DNA of 64,000 nt from Marsupella aquatica (lineage: Eukaryota > Plantae > Marchantiophyta): positions 16,482,357-16,546,356 of the forward strand of contig OZ316892.1 in assembly GCA_973895155.1 (NCBI GenBank). The letters are read 5' to 3'. Shown here piece by piece: positions 1 through 12,420 of the stretch. Made by a program: the position numbers and the translations under genes. Positions within the stretch are counted from its first letter, which is position 1. Each line of letters begins with the position of its first letter. The notes below the pieces were generated by a model. That model did no database searches and was not told where the DNA came from. It saw only the letters and a list, made by a program, of their open reading frames with translations.

Positions 1-1
1 C

Positions 2-409
2 TGCAGAGGTAGCCACCGGCTCATCCTTAACAAAAGCGGAAACCGGAACTTTGTACTGCGATGGAGGAGTGGGTGCAACATCACCATCTTCACTGTCAGA
101 TATGTCAACAACAACAGGAATGTTCCCAACTACTGGTTTTGGAGCGACACGTCTGACATTAAGCGTGTAACTAAGCCCGGCATTCATATGCCAAAAGCGT
201 ACTCCCTCATCTACATCGAATGCCGCAGCCCGTTGAAGTTCTCCACTCGTCGATTCGTGCGGAACAATGGACTCAATATCATTCATCCTCAAATCAAATC
301 TCCCACAGAGGTAGGTTTCACTAACTTGCTTGTAAGCATCAGAAACTTGCACGGGGATCTTGATGACGTCTCCAGTACAAGCACGTGTAATTACAATTGA
401 GCGAGACAT
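2..409 (-). CDS. 5' part of an unknown gene running off the left edge; divergent from the ParB-MTase gene; possibly the N-terminus of the element's transposase
   Basis: ATG at 409-407 (minus). I read 136 codons with no stop down to base 2 (MSRSIVITRACTGDVIKIPVQVSDAYKQ...VVVDISDSEDGD...). It is absent from the ORF track, presumably because it has no stop within the window. The product is inferred only. Confidence 0.55.
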   Translation of the reverse strand, partial: MSRSIVITRACTGDVIKIPVQVSDAYKQVSETYLCGRFDLRMNDIESIVPHESTSGELQRAAAFDVDEGVRFWHMNAGLSYTLNVRRVAPKPVVGNIPVVVDISDSEDGDVAPTPPSQYKVPVSAFVKDEPVATSA

Positions 410-640
410 TGTGAGAAAATAAAGGAATCAACAAAGTGAATTCCTCCCAAATGGAATGCTTATACTAATGCGTGAAGACGACTGACCGTTATAAAAGTCG
501 TTTGAATACGACATAGAATTGTTTCCGTTGAAATCATAAATGTAGTGTTTGTCCTTTTTGCCCCGGTAAGTGCGGGTGTCAGGGATATTTATTGTGTCAA
601 AATGAACACATATAGGCCAAGATAATTCACATGATTTCAG

Positions 641-1024
641 CAGCGCCTGGCGCTACCAAAAATTCCAGGATTTACAAGGTTAGAATTCAGTCACACACCA
701 GACTAGCGCCAGGCGCTAGCATTATAGTGGACCCCAATAAGTCTACTTTTTTGTATCTAAACATGCAATATCGTCCAAATTTAAGCACCATTCATGGATA
801 TATGTACTAGCGTCGGGCGCTAGTATTGGTACACCATATGTAAGGACCAAATGTGAACGAAATTAAACTTCCTACGTCCGAAAGTACTTCATTTTCAAAA
901 ACTTTCACATAAACTGGGACCAAAAACATAATCGTGAATAGACCATGGAATGGGTAGCGCCTGGCGCTATCCATTGAACACATTAAACTTTATGACCAAT
1001 CTTTTTACTAGCACCGGGCGCTAG
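641..1024. repeat. Cluster of five palindromes (T)AGCGC-NNN-GCGCT(A) in the divergent intergenic region
   Basis: 641 CAGCGCctgGCGCTA; 703 CTAGCGCcagGCGCTAG; 805 TACTAGCGTcggGCGCTAGTA; 955 TAGCGCctgGCGCTA; 1008 CTAGCACcggGCGCTAG. Confidence 0.9.
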
Positions 1025-1255
1025 CAATGCATTACCAAGTTTTAGTAGTCTGGTCAACGGTAATATTTAATGGTAACTACGGTTAGCGTGATCTTCACGA
1101 AAATAGTTTAGCGGATTTCACATTAATATCTGTCACAGTTCTTAGATTGTCGCTTTGTTTTAACGATAAGTAATACCCAATTTCATCGTAACGTCTCTTA
1201 AATAGATTACATGGAGGGAGATAGCACTGATCAATGAGGTATAACACTCCATCAA

Positions 1256-2080
1256 TTGTTAATTTGGTACAGAGATTCAGTACTCGATCGTGAGAATTGT
1301 AGTGTACGACCGTTCGTACAACACTCATCGCGGGAGATGATGGATGCAGTCCCCTCCTCGTTGAGGGGGTATAGTGTTGTTGGGGATTGTGATCGTGGCT
1401 ATTGCGAGTCTTCTGAGTCTTCATTTTCAGGTTCGGTGTATACATGTCGAGTGACGAGGTCAAGCGCATCGCTTGTTCCCATCTCAAGTAATTCGCTTCC
1501 GAAGCCGACGCAAAAAAAGATGGAGAATGTTGACACATTTGCAATCGGAGATGTCTCGTTCTCGGAGACCGACCTTATTTTGAAACATGTCATGTTCTTT
1601 GGGAAGGATTTCCAAGGGTTTAACAAGGAGCCTCCTAGGATTCCGCTGTGTCAGTTGGTGCATATGGAGGTCATCCGCACCTTGCAGAAAGATAGCTCCT
1701 CCATTGACAAGTTGAAAGACTCTTTTCGTAGTATGGGATACAATTCATCGATAGGAATGAGGTTTTATGTTCAGCCGACGGACGCTGAGGGTGTGACGCT
1801 CACTTGCACACAAGAAATTTATGATACTTGGGATCCAATATGGATATCCGAAAACAAAAAGTTCGAGGAAGAATGTGCGGCAGACCCCGATTTTCTCGTT
1901 CTAAAGGATAAGATGTTCTCAATTTTTGACGGGAACCATTGGTTGTACTCCTGGACGCTTGTCACTAAGGAGAATCCAAAAAACCCAAAATACCACCCGC
2001 GAGTGCTCTGTATTGTCTTCAACGGGGACAAGGGTTCATTGATTGAAATTGAAGCGGCGATGCACACCGTGAACCAATAA
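1256..2080 (+). pseudogene. Exon encoding a ParB/Sulfiredoxin-like N-terminal domain
   Basis: SSIDKLKDSFRSMGY...FSIFDGNHWLYSW matches the ParB/Srx pattern (L..Si...G ... hhDGNHRh.A). The W codon TGG (1940-1942) is one C>T change from CGG (Arg). The apparent splice donor at ~2077 has decayed (ATAAGT for GTAAGT). Confidence 0.7.
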
Positions 2081-2170
2081 GTTTGTCTTTATAGCATATC
2101 TTGGAGAGGAATTGTTTTACGAGCGCCCGACGCTGCTTAAATGTTTTTCTAATTGCTTTCTTTTCCTTCA

Positions 2171-3501
2171 GGCTTGGACAAGCCGTGGTCGAACCTTCAT
2201 GGATCCTTGACGCAGATCAAATCAAGAGGATTTTGATTCATGACCTAGAGTACTATAGTAAGCTCATTGACCCTGCGAATTATAAGAAGTTTGAGCAGAT
2301 CAGGCTGAAGATGCGAAAAGGATCCTGGTACACAAAGAAGATGCCTCAAGAGGCTCTTGTCTATATTCTATGTGAGAATAAGATTAAATCATATTCTAAG
2401 CAGTTCAAGCTTGACATGGAGTCCGTTGTAGCCCTAGGTACCCCTTGGTCGGCCAAGGAGGTTTCCACAAGGCATGCCGTAATGATGAAGGAGGCCACCA
2501 AGGAGTGGGCAGTGAAAACATCAAAAATCACTCCTTTGTTGAGTCCAGAATTTGAGGGCTTTCTGTCTACGTTTGCATAAATGTATGCTGTGACGGAGAG
2601 AAATAAGAGAGAGAAGAAACCTAATACCGTCTTGTGTACGATGGACCAAGCCAGGCTTTTTACTGCTGTTTCCGCACTCGACCCCAAGCTCAGGAATACT
2701 TTGCTTGTCGCCCATTGCAATCCAGAGCTCCGAAGACAATTCTTCCATCCAAACAGCGTCAATGATGATCCTGTAAAACAGTGGTGTCATACCTGGATTA
2801 CATGGAACAATGTAGAGAGGATTGCAGCGGGGATGTTACAGTGTGCTTTGAGAGAGGTCCAACAAATCATTCCCGAGAATCGCTTGCAAGCCTGGGCATG
2901 TGAATCTTTTGAAGCTCTCATTGATACAGTTACTAATGATTTCAAGAGATACGGAGACTCGATGAAGAGTAAGTTTTTTAATACAATGTGGCCTTTAAAG
3001 TATCCGGACAAAGAGGACTACTCTTTGAAGAACCACAAGCGAGCAAAAAGGTACCTCTACCGATTTTACATCCACATGGAAGTAACTAGACCTGATTACT
3101 TCTCGGCATATCCCGCTGCTTTTCAGAAGTGGGCAGTAATATCAGAAGGTGACAATTATCTGATTTGTACTCTATGTACCCCACGGAGGGAATTTTCCCA
3201 GCAAGACCTTTAAGTGAATGGGAGAGAATCCACTGTCCATGGTACCCAGACACGGACAGATGGGACTTGCCCTTTGATCACCGAGAAAAGGATGCTTTCC
3301 AAAGCTCTCTAAGTCCCAGATACCAGTCAATATTGTTTCTGACCAAAGCAGGGACTAGCGAACGATGTAGATAAGTCCACAACAGAATTGCAAATGAACT
3401 ATGAGACCACAGTTGTTCACGTTGACCGAAGCCAGAAGCCACGCGCAAAAGGGAAAGATGATACTGCTCTCCCAAGTGAATCAACAAGGTCCGAGAAAAG
3501 C
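2171..3501 (+). pseudogene. Middle exon of the ParB-MTase gene (probably helical, unknown domain)
   Basis: Acceptor TTTTCCTTCAG at 2171. ORFs 2101-2580 and 2581-3213 are in one frame, separated by a single TAA, and a frameshift follows near 3190. Donor GTAAGT at 3502. Confidence 0.6.
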
Positions 3502-4063
3502 GTAAGTATAATTTGTAGTTCTTTGGTTAGCGCCCGGCGCTGCTATGCCATTCAATATATGTTAGATTGCATTTGTCTCATTTGTTCCAGAAATATATAT
3601 ATTGGCTTCCATCTCTTTGAGAAAGTTTGGCCAGCGCCGTGCGTTAGTATACTTTGCATTTTCCATACGCTCAAAATATAACATCGGCTTCCATTTGAGT
3701 AGGGAGAAAGTCATACGCCATCGGCAGCGGCAATACAAAGATAGATGCCACCCCAGAGGCATCTTAAGCCAATACAGGGCCTCCATCTGACCCACTTACA
3801 CCCATCGAGAAAGGGAAGTCAATTGCTCTAGTAGATACGGTTAGTACTAGAAAGAAGCAAAAAAGTGCAATTGAAGGTGGATCCTCCTCCGCTCAAGAAA
3901 GTGCGACTGCAATGGGTGTTCAACGTGAAGTTGGTGACTTCAAAAACACTCTTTCAAGGCATTGCATGGTTGAGTCTAGCATCTCAGAATTCTATGACAC
4001 AACGTCAACAAAGAGGAGAAGCCTGAATGGGTAAATGGTGTAGAGAAATGGGCAAAGGACCTC

Positions 4064-4900
4064 ATGAAGTCGGGATATCGAGACAAGGGCATTGTCCATG
4101 GGGGGAAGGAAAGATCCTTTGGAGTACACGTAGGATTCATTTACCTTCCTACGGGTCTGAAACCATCGCTGCTAGACAGAAAAGTCCCGAAATGGAATAC
4201 CCCCGACCACACACTGGCAACATCATTCTTTCGTGGAATGGACCCATTATCAAATGACGGAATGCTAGCAGTTTTGCATAATGGGGAGTACGATCCTATG
4301 TCTCAGGTTATATCCGCATGTCAGGAATCGAAGAAGTTTCATTGCATCTCCACACACAATGTTGTTATGTCAGTTCCTATGTACACGCCGAAGACTGACC
4401 GACAGGTAAATTCCAAGTCGTGATCTCTGTTTTTTACACTCAAGAATGTGTATGAATGCATGGAATGACATATCATTCTTGGTTTATCACGCAAATATTC
4501 ACGCTCAGGCTAGACGTCTTCTGCCAAGTATCTCATAAAGGGAAAGTACCCAAGGACTCAAGGTTTAGACCTCTATCTGTTATAGAAGATCCCTCCATCA
4601 CTAATTTAATTGGGCTTCCCACTCTCAATATAGATCCAACACCTGAGATGGAATTTGCAGGGAATGCCCATTTGTCGGTAGGATTCATGCAGTCTGTGAT
4701 AGAGCTCATCACTCGGCCTTGGGATATTTTCATAGATTGGACAGTTGGTTTGGGTAGCTCTTTTGTAGCTGGAGACTATTCTGGGAGGTTTGTAATTGGA
4801 CTGGAGAATCGGAAGGATTTTGTTGAAACTGGTTCCAAGGTGTTCTTAAATCTACTCTCTTCTAAGGAAGTAGAAACCTTGCCTCCCCCAATTCAACCAC
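4064..4900 (+). pseudogene. Beta-class (N6_N4_Mtase-like) DNA amino-methyltransferase domain with divergent catalytic motifs
   Basis: Motif order is IV then X-I. VGFIYLPTG (4142-4153 is the DPPY-equivalent position) ...W... LSNDGMLAVLH, an intron at ~4406-4493, then FMQSVIELITRPWDIFIDWTVGLGSSFVAGDYSGRFVIGLE. The last block parallels the consensus LlerlI...t.pGD.VLDpF.GsGtt..aa...gR.fIGiE. Confidence 0.72.
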
Positions 4901-5144
4901 CGGAAAAAAAAGGGACAAGCTCCGGTCTGTACTTAATTTTGACTCCGATGATGAGTCAAGTGGGGGGACAGCAGATGAAGTGGACGGGGAGACAACTCAA
5001 GGGGGGGTAAGGAGCAATCTGCTGGAGAGAGTGATAGCGATGACTCTTCCGAGTAATGTTCTGAAACTCGTAAGCTTCTTTCTCTTTTCCAGCTCCTTCA
5101 TGCATTTTGTGCTATTGATTGTACCTTTCAATCAGTTGACTTAC

Positions 5145-5443
5145 TGTTAGGAATTGACTCTAGTTCCCGACATAGTTAGCTTGGCCTTACTAGGGTTAGT
5201 TTTAACCCTAGATTACATTAGGATAAGATCCGCTTAGTTTAGGCCCACTCATCTTGGCCCCCTTGGGGGTATAGGCTGGAGGGAGAGCACTCTCTCCCTC
5301 ATTCTTCACATGTACTCTCATTTGCTATGGAGCCTTCAGGAGCTTCTCCACTCGGGGTGTCTTGTCGGTGTAGCGTCTGATTGAGTGAGTCTCTCTCTCA
5401 TGTTTCCGCATTGCTGTCTAGTCCGGAGCTGACGGTTCTTACA
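5145..5443 (+). repeat. 5' LTR of the copia element
   Basis: TGTTAG...CTTACA, 299 bp. By eye it differs from the 3' LTR by 4 substitutions and 1 indel. Confidence 0.95.
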
Positions 5444-5445
5444 AG

Positions 5446-5457
5446 TGGTATCAGAGC
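5446..5457 (+). promoter_or_regulatory. Primer binding site (tRNA-iMet)
   Basis: TGGTATCAGAGC lies 2 nt after the 5' LTR. Confidence 0.95.
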
Positions 5458-7141
5458 CTCGTGTTTGTGGTTCGGTGGCCTGGGCAGTGGTGAGAGCGTT
5501 CGTTGTGTTGGATTGTGGTGGAAGATTGAATCATTGTCGACGGTTGCGTGATCGTTTCACTGGTCGTTTCGCGTTGAAGGTTTCGTGCTTGAATACGTGA
5601 CGGTTTCCTGATTGAAACTTCAGCTTGGAGTGTCGGATGTGTCTCTGTTCTTTGAAGTACTGTCAAAAGGACAGTCTAGCGATCTCGTATGGCACTACGT
5701 TTTGGTGAAGGTGTCACTGCTTTTCATCATTGGTGTCCCGAGTAATCTTGTAGATTGAGGTTGCTGTTTAGAGCTTGATGCTCTAGGTTATGGCTTGTAT
5801 ATGTTTCGACTTAATCTTGTGTGGGGCCAAAAAGTCTTGTTTTCTTTGTAAAAAGATCGTGCGTTGAGGGACCGGTGTTGCAATTTTTTTTCTTTTCATA
5901 TATTTTTGTTTGTGCCGCATCGCAACAGAATACGGCGGTGCTGACGGGTTTCTTTGCGTATGTGCAGAGAGAGGGGCGAAAGGGAGATTTTATTGCCCGG
6001 GCACGTTGCCCTATGCGCGCGAGTGAGCCAGGAGGGCTCGAAATACAAAGGACTGAAGGAGGAGCGGAGGAGAAAGTCGAGCCCCTGGCCCGAGGCCCTA
6101 TGAGGTACTAGAGCAGGGCCTTATGTTTGTGCAGGTACAGTCGTACCTGTAAGTACAGTTTTAAAGTGAGGGGAGGGGGAGTTCAAAGCTCCCTTCTCTT
6201 GGGAGCTTTAAGGGGGCCATTGCCCTATGCAGAAGCAATAGGAGGGGAAAGGGGAAGCGAGCATACTCCTTTCCTTAGGGAGCACTTATTAACAGGGGCA
6301 TGAGGCCCTATGCTTGTACTTTAAGTGAGGAGGGGGAGCATACGAGGCTCCTTTCACTTTGGAGCCTTTAATTAAGGCTTGCGTCAGGTGGGTGGCCAAG
6401 GACACAAAAGGTACTACTGTACCTACACAGTACAGATTTGGGAGGGGGTACGAGGGGGTATTATATATCCCTGTACTCTACCAGGTACAGCGTACACAAT
6501 AGGTGAACAAGGAGATGGGCCGGTGCGCGACCCTATGTGCGAGAGGATTTTTTTTTGAAAAGAAATTGAAGGCCGGGAGGACGATTGTAGTCTTTTCGTT
6601 CTTAATTTTTTTTGTAAAAGCCAAAGGGTTTTTACTTGTTTTCTTTTCTTTTCCTTCCGTGTTTGGATCTTTTCTTTTCCAATCGGATAGGTGTCGGCTC
6701 CACATTCTTTCTGCTGTACATTTCGACTGTACTTTGATTCCCTGGAAAAGATACTTTTCCAGAGAGCTGATTTTTGACTGAAATTTTCAATTTCGGCGGT
6801 CGTCGAGGCAGAATTTTTTTGCGACACTTTGCAAGGGGATACTCAAGGGAGTTGAGCACGGGCTAGTGAAATTGATTTGTGCGTTGCTATTGCGAAATTT
6901 TTTCGGGACCTAAGATACCTGACGGGGGTCAAAATAGCCATTTTGACCCCCCTCTAGTCCGGGTTGAATAAGTTTTTGCTGAAGAAGTTTTTTGCCGAAT
7001 TATTTTCAGATCTTGGCAGTGTACCTTGCAGGCTACGTGGCGGTGCATTCCATTTCCACTTTTGCCAACTTTCAATTTTTGGTGAATTTTTTGGTGGAGG
7101 TATTTCGGTTGTGTATTTCCTGTGTGTTTGTGGCAGCATCA

Positions 7142-10100
7142 ATGACTTCAAGAAAGCTTGCGACGCCAAAGTTTGAGGTGGAGAAGTTTGACGGGAAGGT
7201 TAGCTTTAGCCTCTGGACTCAGAAGGTGACCAATGTGTTGATCCAGCAGGGTCTTGAGAAGACCCTCACTAGAGTGAAACCCTCGAATCTAACAGATGAG
7301 GAGTGGGAGGACATGTCGGTGCAGGCGTGTAGCACAATTGAGTTGTTCTTGGCAAACAACATTCTCAAGAACGTGTTGGGGATGGATCAGAATGCCAAGA
7401 AGATCTGGGATATGCTTACTCAGCTATACCAGAGTACTTCGTTGACTACTCGCATTTATCACTTGGAGCGGCTATTCAGGATGAAGTTGAAGGATGGTGG
7501 CAACATGCGTGATCACCTCAGTCTCTTCGGTGAGATTGTGCACAAGGTGACCACGGCGGGAGACAAGTTGACCGATGAGTATCTTGCGATGCATTTGTTG
7601 ATGTTGCTTCCTCAGACCTATTCAACATTGGTGACGGTCATCACACATGACAAGTCTACGTTGAAGTTGGATGAGGTGAAGGCTACCATTCTTGCAGAAT
7701 GGGGCAAGCGACAACTTTTTGGCCGTGACAATGAGTCTGCTGCCTTAATGGTTAGAGGCAGATCGATGGAGCGTACTACGGATCAGTCTAGATCTAAATC
7801 ACATAGTAGATCTAAATCTAAGTCCCGTAGTAAGAAAGTTCAGTGTTGGCATTGCCATGAGAAGGGCCACACCAAGTGGAATTGTCCTTCTCTATCGAAG
7901 CAAAAGCGTCCTGCTTCCAATGGTGCGTCCTCATCGTCAGCTGGTATTGTGATTGCTGATAATGAGGATGCTGCTGAAGTGCTATGTATTGGTGCTGTGA
8001 ATTCTGTGTATGACAATAAATGGATGTTGGATTTGGGTTCCTCTTATCATGTGTGTCCAACGCAATCGTATTTTTCCACTTACCAACCTTGTACCGGTAC
8101 GGTGGAAATCGGAAATGGTGTCCGATGTGCGATTGTTGGCATGGGGACTATCAAATTCCGGATGTTTGATGGTGTTATGCGAGCATTGACGGGAGTCAAG
8201 CACATACCAGACATCTCTAAGAACTTGATTTCTCTTGGTGCTTTGGAAGCTGGTGGATCTCATTTCACTGCACGTGATGGTGCGCTCTTTGTCGTCAAAG
8301 ATGATGTATCTTTGATTAAGGCGCTACGGCAAAATAATTTGTACATCTTGGAAGGAGATGTCATTGCTCCTAGAGTGGAGCATGTGGATTCTGTGGTGGA
8401 ACGTTTGGATGCCAGGACAACATCTGCGGCAGAATCATCTTTGGCTGCTTCAATTGAAGCACCCTCAACATCTGGTCACACACAAGCCATAGATTTATGG
8501 CATGCACGGTTGGGGCACTTGAGTGGTAAAGGATTGGCAGCCTTGGCAAACAGAGCTTTGTTGCAAGGCGCTCAATCTGGTAAACTCTCTTTCTGTGAAG
8601 ATTGCATCTTCGGCAAGCAGAGGAGAGTGAGTTTCAGTTCTAGTTCATACCATTCTCATGAGATTCTAGAGTATGTACATTCAGATGTTTGGGGTCCAGC
8701 GCCGGAGCCGTCGTTGGGTGGAGCTAGATATTTTGTGACGTTTGTAGATGATTACTCTTGAATGTGTTGGCTGTACTACATGAAGGAGAAGTCTCAAGTC
8801 TTTGAGATGTTCAAGGAGTGGAAAGCCATGGTAGAGCTACAAACTGGGAAGGAGTTGAAGTGTGTTTGGTCCGATAACGGTGGCGAGTATAAGTCCAATG
8901 AGTTTGACCAATTTGGTCGGGACCTTGACCTCAAGCGTCATTACACTATACCGGAGACCCCGCAGCAGAATGGAGTTGCAGAACGGTTGAATCGGACATT
9001 ACTGGAGAAAGCACGCAGCATGCTATGTAACCCAACAACTTTTGGGCTGAATCTGTCAACCAAGCTGCATACGTCTATAATCTGTCACCGCATAGTAGTA
9101 AGTTGATGCAGACTCCATTTGAGTTGTGGTATAAGAGACCTGCTGATTACTCTAGACTGCGAGTTTTTGGTTGTGCTGCCTATGTTCACATTGAGCAGAC
9201 ACACAAGTCTAAGTTGGATCCCAAGTCTAAGAAATGTATTTTTTTAGGCTTTAGTCCTGGGCAGAAGGGCTATAAATTGTGGGATCCTGTCGATTGCAAG
9301 GTAGTTGTGAGCAGAAATGTTGTTTTTGACGAAGAATGGTTGTCAAGACCCCGGGATATTCAGGAGGAACAGGTGGAGGAACCCACTACGGTGGAGCTTG
9401 GTGGTGATGAGGAAGCTGCTGGTCCCTCTGGTAGAGGAGCAATTCCTCAACCAAGGCGCTCCACCAGGGCCAATTTTGGCCACCCCCCTGATAGATTTGG
9501 TTTTGCAGATCCTCATGTTCACGTTGTTGAACATGACGATGATCCCGGTGTTGTTTTGCTTACTGAAGATGGAGACCCCTCTAGCTATGAAGAAGCTATG
9601 GCCTCTCCAGAGAAGGATAAGTGGTTGGAGGCGATGTTGAAGGAGATGAATTCTTTGAAGAAGAATTCAACTTGGCGCTTAACTGACATGCCTCGTGGGA
9701 AAACACTGGTTCCGTGTAGATGGTTGTACAAGAAGAAGCAGGATGGCACTTACAAGGCTCGCCTTGTGGCCAAAGGGTACACCCAGAAGGAGGGCTTGGA
9801 CTACACGGAGATTTTCTCACCAGTTGTCAAACTCGCTACTATTCGTGTTTTACTTGCGATTGTGGCATTCTATGATCTTGAGTTAGATCAGATGGATGTA
9901 ATTACTGCTTTCCTGCATGGATTGCTTGATGTGGAGATTTATATGACTCAGCCTCCAGGTTTTATTGATGAGAAGACCAGACACTTGGTGTGTAAGCTCT
10001 TGCGCTCGTTATACGGATTGAAGCAGAGTCCCAGACAGTGGAATAAGCATTTTGATTCCTTCATGTTATCTCAGGGTTCACACGAAGTGAACATGATTGT

Positions 10101-11147
10101 TGTATTTACATGAAGGAGGTGGAGAATTACTCACGCTTTGGTTACATTGTGTTGGCATTGTACGTGGATGACATGTTGATCCTGGCTGAGAATAAGTCTG
10201 ATGTTGCCCATCTGAAAGCAATGTTGAGTAAGGAGTTTTCAATGAAGGACTTGGGTCATGCCAAGAAGATACTAGGGATGGAGATTCATCGTGACAGGGA
10301 GCAAAGGCAATTATGGTTGTCTTAGAGGCAGTATTTGGAGAAGGTACTTGCCAAGTATGGAATGGAGAATGCAAAACCAGTTGGTACTCCATTGGCCTCC
10401 CACTTTAAACTCTCAAAGAATGATTGCCCTTCTAGTGAGAGTGATAGACTGGCGATGAAACATGTTCCCTATGATAGTGTTGTGGGTAGTTTGATGTATG
10501 CAATGACATGCACTAGACCTGACATTGCCCACGCTGTTAGCATTTTGAGCAGATTTATGGCAAATCCTGGTAAGCTTCACTAGGAAGCAGTGAAGTGGGT
10601 TTTGCAGTATCTGAAAGGTACCTTAGATTGTGGGATCTTATTTGACAGTAAAGCAAACTCTACATTAGAGTTGGAAGGTTTTGTAGATTCAGATTATGCT
10701 GGTAACTTGGATAACAGAAAGTCTACTACAGGCTATGTGTTTATGTTGGGTGGAGGTTGTATCAGCTGGAAGTCGGCAACTCAATCTTGTGTTGCGTTGT
10801 CTACTACTGAGGGTGAGTACATGGCTGCATGTGAGGCAACCAAGGAGCTAATCTGGCTACGGAGATTGGTGAGTGATCTGGGTCTTTCACCTGAAAGACC
10901 AGTGCTGCTGTGCGACAGTCAAAGTGCTTTGCATCTGGCTAAGAACCCTGTGTTCCATGCCAGGACAAAGTACATTGATATTCGTTATCACTTCATCCGT
11001 GAGGTGATTGAGATGAAGCAGATGTTTCTAGAGAAGGTGGCTTCAGAGGAGAATGCGGCAGACATGCTTACCAAAGTTTTACCTACCAGTAGCTTTAGTC
11101 ATTGTGTGGATATTATTAATGTTAAGGCCAAACCAATGACTATGTAA
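7142..11147 (+). pseudogene. Copia gag-pol polyprotein with stops and frameshifts
   Basis: Zinc knuckle CWHCHEKGHTKWNC; protease WMLDLGSSYH; integrase LWHARLGH, HSDVWGP, SDNGGEY, QQNGVAER; RT YKARLVAKGY, LYGLKQS, LYVDDML; RNase H DSDYAG, CDSQSA, ADMLTK. Breaks at ~8761, ~9040, ~10075, ~10325 and ~10583. Confidence 0.96.
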
Positions 11148-11214
11148 ATATGTTACTTAGTTACATATTGTATATCACCTGACTCATTGTGTGAACTTGA
11201 GTCAAGGTGGAGAT

Positions 11215-11514
11215 TGTTAAGAATTGACTCTAGTTCCCGACATAGTTAGCTTGGCCTTACTAGGGTTAGTTTTAACCCTAGATTACATTAGGATAAGATC
11301 CGCTTAGTTTAGGCCCACTCATCTTGGCCCCCTTGGGGGGTATAGGCTGGAGGGAGAGCACTCTCTCCCTCATTCTTCACATGTACTCTCATTTGCCATG
11401 GAGCCTTCAGGAGTTTCTCCACTCGGGGTGTCTTGTCGGTGTAGCGTCTGATTGAGTGAGTCTCTCTCTCATGTTTCCGCATTGCTGTCTAGTCCGGAAC
11501 TGACGGTTCTTACA
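11215..11514 (+). repeat. 3' LTR of the copia element
   Basis: TGTTAA...CTTACA, 300 bp, preceded by the PPT AAGGTGGAGA (11204-11213). Confidence 0.95.
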
Positions 11515-11535
11515 CTTACTTGGTTATCTACCCAG

Positions 11536-11842
11536 GTCCAAATGGAATACCAGAAAGCGCTTCCAACTCAGAAGAAAAGATGCAGGTTTTGAAATGGATA
11601 CACCGGAGAAACCATTTGTTTTGCCATCTTATGCTGAGAACGCTGTGAGAAAGGAGGATAGTCAAAGGACTCTGTGCTGGGAAAACAAAGGTCTCCGCCT
11701 TCGAAGAGGAGTTGACAAAAAGTTTGTTAGAAACCCGTATGTAGACGACATTTCTAACAGCAAGTATGTCGATGATGAAGCAGTCTCTACCGACAGATCA
11801 CAAAGCTCTGAATCAAAATCTCAATCAGAAACCGATAATTGA
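11536..11842 (+). pseudogene. Probable last exon of the ParB-MTase gene (acidic, Ser-rich tail)
   Basis: Donor GTAAGC at 5070 and acceptor CCCAG at 11535 bracket the copia insertion. ORF 11594-11842 ends ...SKYVDDEAVSTDRSQSSESKSQSETDN*. Confidence 0.5.
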
Positions 11843-12285
11843 TGGATATTTTTTTCCATCTTTTACTAGCGTCGGGCGCTGTTATGAAAATACATGTATT
11901 TCATTCCATATGCTCATAATAAAATTCTAAAAACCACTTGTTGTCTTTAGTAGCGTCGGGCGCTGTTATCGAGATACATGTATTTCTTGTATAAAAGGTT
12001 TTAAATTGGTCTCGTCCTTTAGTAGCGCCAGGCGCTCCCCAAATGTGCACGTTTTTCCTCAAACCTTTAAATCATTATATTGTTCATGCGTTCTGTCGCC
12101 ATCCTATCGCCATTCGTATATCGTCGTTACATTATTTAGTCGGGTCTATTTCAAAATAATTGTGTCGCAATTGGACTGTTTAGGCAACGGTCCTCTGCCC
12201 GTTGAAGCTCACATGTTACGGGTCTCCACCGATCTCCGTCCTTTGGTAGTCACTATGTCACCCTTTTGTAGTCACTAGGTCGATA

Positions 12286-12420
12286 AAGGTGCGGACATTG
12301 TCAAGCTGGTTGCGGACTTTAAGGCAAGGTGCAAATGTTGTCGAGCTGGGTGCGGACCTTAAGGCAAGGTGCGGACATTGTCGAGGTGCGTGTGGACGTT
12401 GTCAAGCTGGGTGCGACCAC
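12286..12420. repeat. Short tandem repeat of (AAGGTGCGGACATTGTCAAGCTGG...) units
   Basis: 3-4 imperfect copies of a ~40-bp unit are visible. Confidence 0.7.

Larger units (their letters stand above)
5145..11514 (+). mobile_element. Full-length Ty1/copia LTR retrotransposon (Tork/Tnt1-like), decayed
   Basis: Two TG...CA LTRs, a 5-bp TSD CTTAC (5140-5144 and 11515-11519), PBS, PPT and gag-PR-IN-RT-RH gene order. Confidence 0.97.

Noticed and set aside
641-1024. Palindromes as Rho-independent terminators, REP elements or a CRISPR array
   Set aside because: The locus is eukaryotic and spliced, there are no U-tracts, spacing is irregular, and the motif also occurs singly in introns.
4064-4900. 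Calling the gene an active N4C methyltransferase or a DN4MT1 ortholog
   Set aside because: There is no SPPY/DPPY motif (YLPT instead), the gene has stops and damaged splice sites, and orthology cannot be shown without a phylogeny.
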